21,050 nt of DNA from Candidatus Eiseniibacteriota bacterium (GTDB taxonomy: Bacteria; Eisenbacteria; RBG-16-71-46; DASYSL01): positions 1 through 21,050 of the forward strand of contig JBKJJJ010000073.1 of assembly GCA_046598045.1 (NCBI GenBank), given 5' to 3'. Numbering within the stretch: position 1 is the first letter of the stretch; each line of letters opens with the position of its first letter. The notes under the pieces were generated by a model. It was given only the letters and a program-made list of their open reading frames with translations, was not told where the DNA came from and searched no databases. Both the position numbers and the translations under genes were made by a program. This document shows positions 14,528-21,050 of this stretch, piece by piece.

Positions 14528-16692
14528 TGCGCCTGATCCCGACGTTCCGCCGCGCCGCCCTCGCGCTCGCCACGGCCGCGCTCGCCTTTACCGCCGCGCC
14601 GATCGCGCGCGTGGCGCTGGCCGCTGCACCGGCGCCGAAGCCCGCCTATGTCGTGCCCAAGCCGGTCGAGCGCGGGCTCAAGAACCAGATGCGCGTGCTC
14701 CTGATCGAGGATCACCGCCTGCCGATGATCCACTACCGGCTGATGGTCCGCGCCGGCGCCTCGGACGAGCCGGCGGAGAAGGCCGGCCTCGCCAACCTCA
14801 TGCTCGAGGTCATGCGCCAGGGCACGGAGAAGCGCGACGCAAAGACGCTCGCCGGTGCGGTCGACGCCATGGGCGGGCAGGTCGCGACCAGCGCCACGCG
14901 CGATTACATGGTGATCACCGGGCAGTTCCTGTCGCGCGACTGGCGCGCGGGGCTCGACCTGCTCTCCGACATCGCCCAGTATCCGAGCTTTCGCGGCGAG
15001 GACGTCGAACGCAGCCGGAACCGCGTGCTCGGCCAGCTCCAGGCTTCGCGCGACCAGAACGCGCAGCTCGCCCAGGAGCATGCCAGCGCGCTGGTCTACG
15101 GCTCGCACCCGTACGCGCGCCCGTCGCTGGGCGACGCCAGCTCGGTCTCGAACCTGACGCGCGAGGACCTGGCCAGGTTCCACGGCCAGTATTTCGTGCC
15201 GAACCTCGCGCTGCTCGTGGTGGTCGGGGACTTCGACGTCAACACGGTGATGGGTGACGTCGAGGCGGAGTTCCGTGACTGGTCGCAGGCCACGCCGCCA
15301 TCGCGGCCCGGCCCGGCGCTGCCGGTGTTCGACGCGAACCGGGTGCGCATCCTCGACAAGCCCGAGGTGACGCAGACCGAGCTCAGGATCGGCTTCGAGG
15401 GCATCAAGCGCGACACGCCCGACTACTACGCGGTCCAGGTGATGAACTACATCCTGGGCGGCGGCGGGTTCTCCTCGCGCATCCTCGACGCGATCCGCTC
15501 CAAGGGCGGGCTGACCTACTCCGCGAACACGGCGTTCGACTTCGGGCGCGACAAGGGCGCGTTCTTCCTCTCGACGTTCACCAAGAACGAGTCGGTCGGG
15601 CAGACGCTCGACCTCACGTTCGCGACCATGAAGCAGTTCCGCGAGCAAGGACCCACGCCGAAGGAGGTCGAGGACGCGAAGCGCTTCCTCGTCGGAGCGT
15701 TACCGCTCGCCCTCCAGACCGCCGGTGGACTGGCGACGTCGTGGTCGTCGGTCGACCTCTACAACCTGGGCGGGGACTACTTCGAGCGCTACCCGGACCG
15801 CATCCGCGCGGTCACGGCCGGGGACGTCAAGCGCGTCGCGCAGCAGCTCCTGCGTGAGGACAAGCTCGCGATCGTCGCGGTGTCGAGCGCGGCGGCGGTC
15901 AAGGACCAGCTCGCCAAGTACGGCGCGGTCGAGGTGCTCGACTACCACTCGCCGACGGGTGCGATCCCGCAGTCGAAGCCGACGGCGGCGCTCCCGACCG
16001 AGGCGCTGACGTCCACGGCGCAGGCCCGGGCGAAGGCCGTGCTCGAGCGCGGGCTCAAGGCTCACGGCGGGGCGGCGAAGCTGCGCGCGCTCAAGGACGT
16101 GTCGACGCGCGCGAAGATCGAGGTCACGACACCGAGCGGCAGCCTCGAAGGCGACCTGCTGACGTCGGCGCAGTTGCCCGACAAGACGCGCATCGAGATG
16201 AGCATGCTCGGCCAGCGCGGCGTCCAGGTGCTGAACGGCGACAAGGGCTGGACCACGAGCGGCGGCAAGGTGCAGGACCTCACCGCCGAGCAGGCGCAGG
16301 CCATGCGCGCCGGGCTCAAGGTGCAGGTGCTGCCGCTGCTCGCGCGCCTCGCCTCCGGGACGGTGACCACCGGCTGGACCGGCGCGGACGTCGTCGGCAC
16401 GGACTCGGTGGACGTGCTCTGGATCGTCGACCCGGATGCGAACGCGCGGGCCTCGTTCTCGCGCAAGACCGGCCTCCTGGTCCGCCTCGAGCAGGAGGAG
16501 CCCGCGATGTTCGGCCAGGGCAAGGTGCCGATGGCCCGCCTGTACTCCGATTTCCGCGCCGTGGACGGGCTGATGGTGCCGTTCAAGATCGAGCGCTACG
16601 CGAACGGGCAGCTCCTGATCGCGGACACGGTCTCGGCCTACGAGATCAACAAGGGCGGCGCGGGGTCGCCTTACCTGCGGCCGACGCGTTGA
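14527..16692 (+). CDS. M16B peptidase partner subunit lacking HXXEH, with an extra C-terminal domain of about 230 aa (721 aa)
   Basis: ATG 14527 overlaps the upstream TGA (GTGATG) and has GGAGG at 14514-14518. A signal peptide is present. GLANLMLEVMRQGT replaces the HXXEH segment, while ILGGGGFSSRILDAIRSKGGLTY carries the R/Y pair. The C-terminal extension starts near AKAVLERGLKAHGG. Confidence 0.88.
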   Translation: MRLIPTFRRAALALATAALAFTAAPIARVALAAAPAPKPAYVVPKPVERGLKNQMRVLLIEDHRLPMIHYRLMVRAGASDEPAEKAGLANLMLEVMRQGTEKRDAKTLAGAVDAMGGQVATSATRDYMVITGQFLSRDWRAGLDLLSDIAQYPSFRGEDVERSRNRVLGQLQASRDQNAQLAQEHASALVYGSHPYARPSLGDASSVSNLTREDLARFHGQYFVPNLALLVVVGDFDVNTVMGDVEAEFRDWSQATPPSRPGPALPVFDANRVRILDKPEVTQTELRIGFEGIKRDTPDYYAVQVMNYILGGGGFSSRILDAIRSKGGLTYSANTAFDFGRDKGAFFLSTFTKNESVGQTLDLTFATMKQFREQGPTPKEVEDAKRFLVGALPLALQTAGGLATSWSSVDLYNLGGDYFERYPDRIRAVTAGDVKRVAQQLLREDKLAIVAVSSAAAVKDQLAKYGAVEVLDYHSPTGAIPQSKPTAALPTEALTSTAQARAKAVLERGLKAHGGAAKLRALKDVSTRAKIEVTTPSGSLEGDLLTSAQLPDKTRIEMSMLGQRGVQVLNGDKGWTTSGGKVQDLTAEQAQAMRAGLKVQVLPLLARLASGTVTTGWTGADVVGTDSVDVLWIVDPDANARASFSRKTGLLVRLEQEEPAMFGQGKVPMARLYSDFRAVDGLMVPFKIERYANGQLLIADTVSAYEINKGGAGSPYLRPTR

Positions 16693-16796
16693 TGGCCACG
16701 GTGTCGGCCCAGGGCGGCGGCCCGGATCCTGCGCAGGGGCGGACGGAGTCGAGCCGGCCGCTCCCCGGGTAGCCGGGAGCCGGGGCCAGAGAGCAC

Positions 16797-16825
16797 TCGT
16801 CAAGCGACGCCGCAGGGGATATTCT
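16797..16825 (+). promoter_or_regulatory. Candidate promoter for ppdK
   Basis: TCGTCA (16797-16802), 17-bp spacer, TATTCT (16820-16825). GGAG lies about 8 nt before ATG 16871. Confidence 0.35.
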
Positions 16826-16870
16826 CCCGCGGCGTCTTCGCTTTCGGCGAAACCCCCCGGAGATCCACGC

Positions 16871-19792
<2,922 letters not shown>

Positions 19793-19855
19793 CCCCGCGG
19801 CGCAGGCCGCTCTGCGCGAGGGCTGACCCCGCCGCGCGGAACACGCCCCGCCTTG

Positions 19856-19864
19856 TGCTAGACT
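19856..19864 (+). promoter_or_regulatory. Candidate extended -10 promoter for the phosphatidyltransferase gene
   Basis: TG-C-TAGACT (19856-19864), about 40 nt upstream of ATG 19903. SD GAGGAG is at 19891-19896. Confidence 0.4.
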
Positions 19865-19902
19865 CGTGGCCCCCGATCACCGGCAGCCCCGAGGAGAACC
19901 GC

Positions 19903-20820
19903 ATGTTCGTCGAGCACCACCTGGTCGAGCTCCGGCGCGAGCGCTTTCGCCCCGGCGCGTGGTTGCGCTACGTGCGCCTCGCGTTCGGCTTCGCCCGCGA
20001 GCGCGCGCTCGCGAACCCGGCGGCAGTGCGCTCGATCCTGTTCGTCGGCCTCCTCCTGTTCGTGCTCACAGTCGCCTCGTCCGTCGCCGTGTCGCTGACG
20101 GTCGACCCCACGCTCGCGCGCCGACTGTTCACGTTCACCGCGCTCGGGCTGTTCCCCATGATCGGGCTCACGCTGCTCCACGTGCAGCTCATCCGCAGTC
20201 CCGACGGCACGCCGCTCGACGCGATCGGCTGGCCGAGCGCGATCACGCTCATGCGCGTCGCGCTCGTGCCGGCATTCCTGGTGGCGATGGTCGGCGGCTA
20301 CTTCCGGCTCGCGTTCATCGTGTTCGCGTGCGCGATCGCGAGCGACGTGCTCGACGGCTGGGTGGCGCGCCGCTTCCGGCAGGAGACGCGCCTGGGCGCG
20401 ATCCTCGATCCGCTGGTCGACATCCTGTGCAGCTTCTGGCTGTTCGTCGGGCTGTGGATCGGTGGACTCGTGCCGCTCGCGCTGTTCGTGCTCGCCGGGA
20501 CCCGCATGCTCATGCTGCTGGTGGGCGGCTCCTACCTCTACCTCACGCACGGCCCCGTGCGCATCCACTCGACCGTCCCCGGCAAGATGACCGGCCTCGT
20601 GCTCACCGCGCTGGTCGGCATGCGGCTCGCGATCGCCGCCTTCCCGGTGGGCGCGTCGGCGCACCGCCTGACGCCGATCCTGGTCGACGCCACCGGCGTG
20701 CTGCTCGCGTTCACGCTGCTCTACGGATGGTCGATCGGCTGGCTCAACCTGCGCCGCCTGCGCGCGCGCGCGGAGGACGCGCCGCCGAAGGTCGTCACCG
20801 ACATTCGGTTCGGATCATGA
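19903..20820 (+). CDS. CDP-alcohol phosphatidyltransferase family membrane protein (305 aa) with an N-terminal extension
   Basis: The real gene is the 3' part of ORF 18583..20820. It carries the signature SDVLDGWVARRFRQETRLGAILDPLVD (D-x2-DG-x2-AR...G-x3-D-x3-D) and several hydrophobic helices. Confidence 0.9.
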   Translation: MFVEHHLVELRRERFRPGAWLRYVRLAFGFARERALANPAAVRSILFVGLLLFVLTVASSVAVSLTVDPTLARRLFTFTALGLFPMIGLTLLHVQLIRSPDGTPLDAIGWPSAITLMRVALVPAFLVAMVGGYFRLAFIVFACAIASDVLDGWVARRFRQETRLGAILDPLVDILCSFWLFVGLWIGGLVPLALFVLAGTRMLMLLVGGSYLYLTHGPVRIHSTVPGKMTGLVLTALVGMRLAIAAFPVGASAHRLTPILVDATGVLLAFTLLYGWSIGWLNLRRLRARAEDAPPKVVTDIRFGS

Positions 20821-21050
20821 GCGCGGACGAGCGCTTCGAGCTCCTGTTCGAGGGCCCGATCGGGCGCATGCGACCCGAGGACGTGCTGCAATTCGTCTCG
20901 CAGGCCGGCGGCGCGGTGCGCGTCTCCTTCGACACCGAGGACCGCGCGCGCGGCGGCCCGCGCGGCGTGGACCTCGAGGTCGATGCCGGACGCCTGGTCG
21001 CGCTCGGCCCGCGCGGCACGGGCCTGCGTTTCGGCGACCTCGCGGTGGCG
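20817..21050 (+). CDS. 5' part (3'-truncated) of a DUF4388/PATAN-like domain protein
   Basis: Not in the ORF track. ATG 20817 overlaps the upstream TGA. It reads MSADERFELLFEGPIGRMRPEDVLQFVSQAGGAVRVSFDT...VDLEVDAGRLVALGPRGTGLRFGDLAVA and is open to the window end, resembling the DUF4388 pattern G-x-L...D-L-LQ...G-x-I-V. Confidence 0.6.
   Translation, partial: MSADERFELLFEGPIGRMRPEDVLQFVSQAGGAVRVSFDTEDRARGGPRGVDLEVDAGRLVALGPRGTGLRFGDLAVA

Noticed and set aside
13112..14600. Twin-arginine (Tat) signals in the two M16 subunits (SRRHGR, FRRAAL)
   Set aside because: They match the S/T-R-R-x-F-L-K consensus poorly, and Arg pairs are common in high-GC signal peptides. Sec export is equally plausible.

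Overview
High-GC bacterial DNA with 12 genes, all on the + strand; the first and last are truncated by the window edges. The long minus-strand and off-frame ORFs are GC-shadow ORFs. The style (high GC, several proteins ending in FlgD-Ig/T9SS-CTD-like domains) suggests an FCB-related candidate phylum such as Ca. Eisenbacteria, which is inference only. Block 1 (1-8648) is an uncharacterised cell-envelope locus: the 3' end of a CTD-bearing protein with a double-hairpin terminator, a strong sigma70-type promoter, two large lipoproteins built from repeated Ig/FnIII-like modules, a small secreted protein with a CTD-like tail, and a diverged paralogue of the second lipoprotein. Block 2 (8847-16692) is a tightly packed cluster of a class III aminotransferase, a class 3 (Rhizobium etli-type) asparaginase, an S8 protease with a CTD-like tail, and a two-gene M16B peptidase pair. 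Block 3 holds ppdK (with two basic insertions and a 34-bp tandem duplication of its 3' end), a CDP-alcohol phosphatidyltransferase and the start of a DUF4388-like gene. I saw no rRNA, tRNA, CRISPR array or mobile element. The best candidate for an undescribed system is the lipoprotein plus CTD-protein locus.
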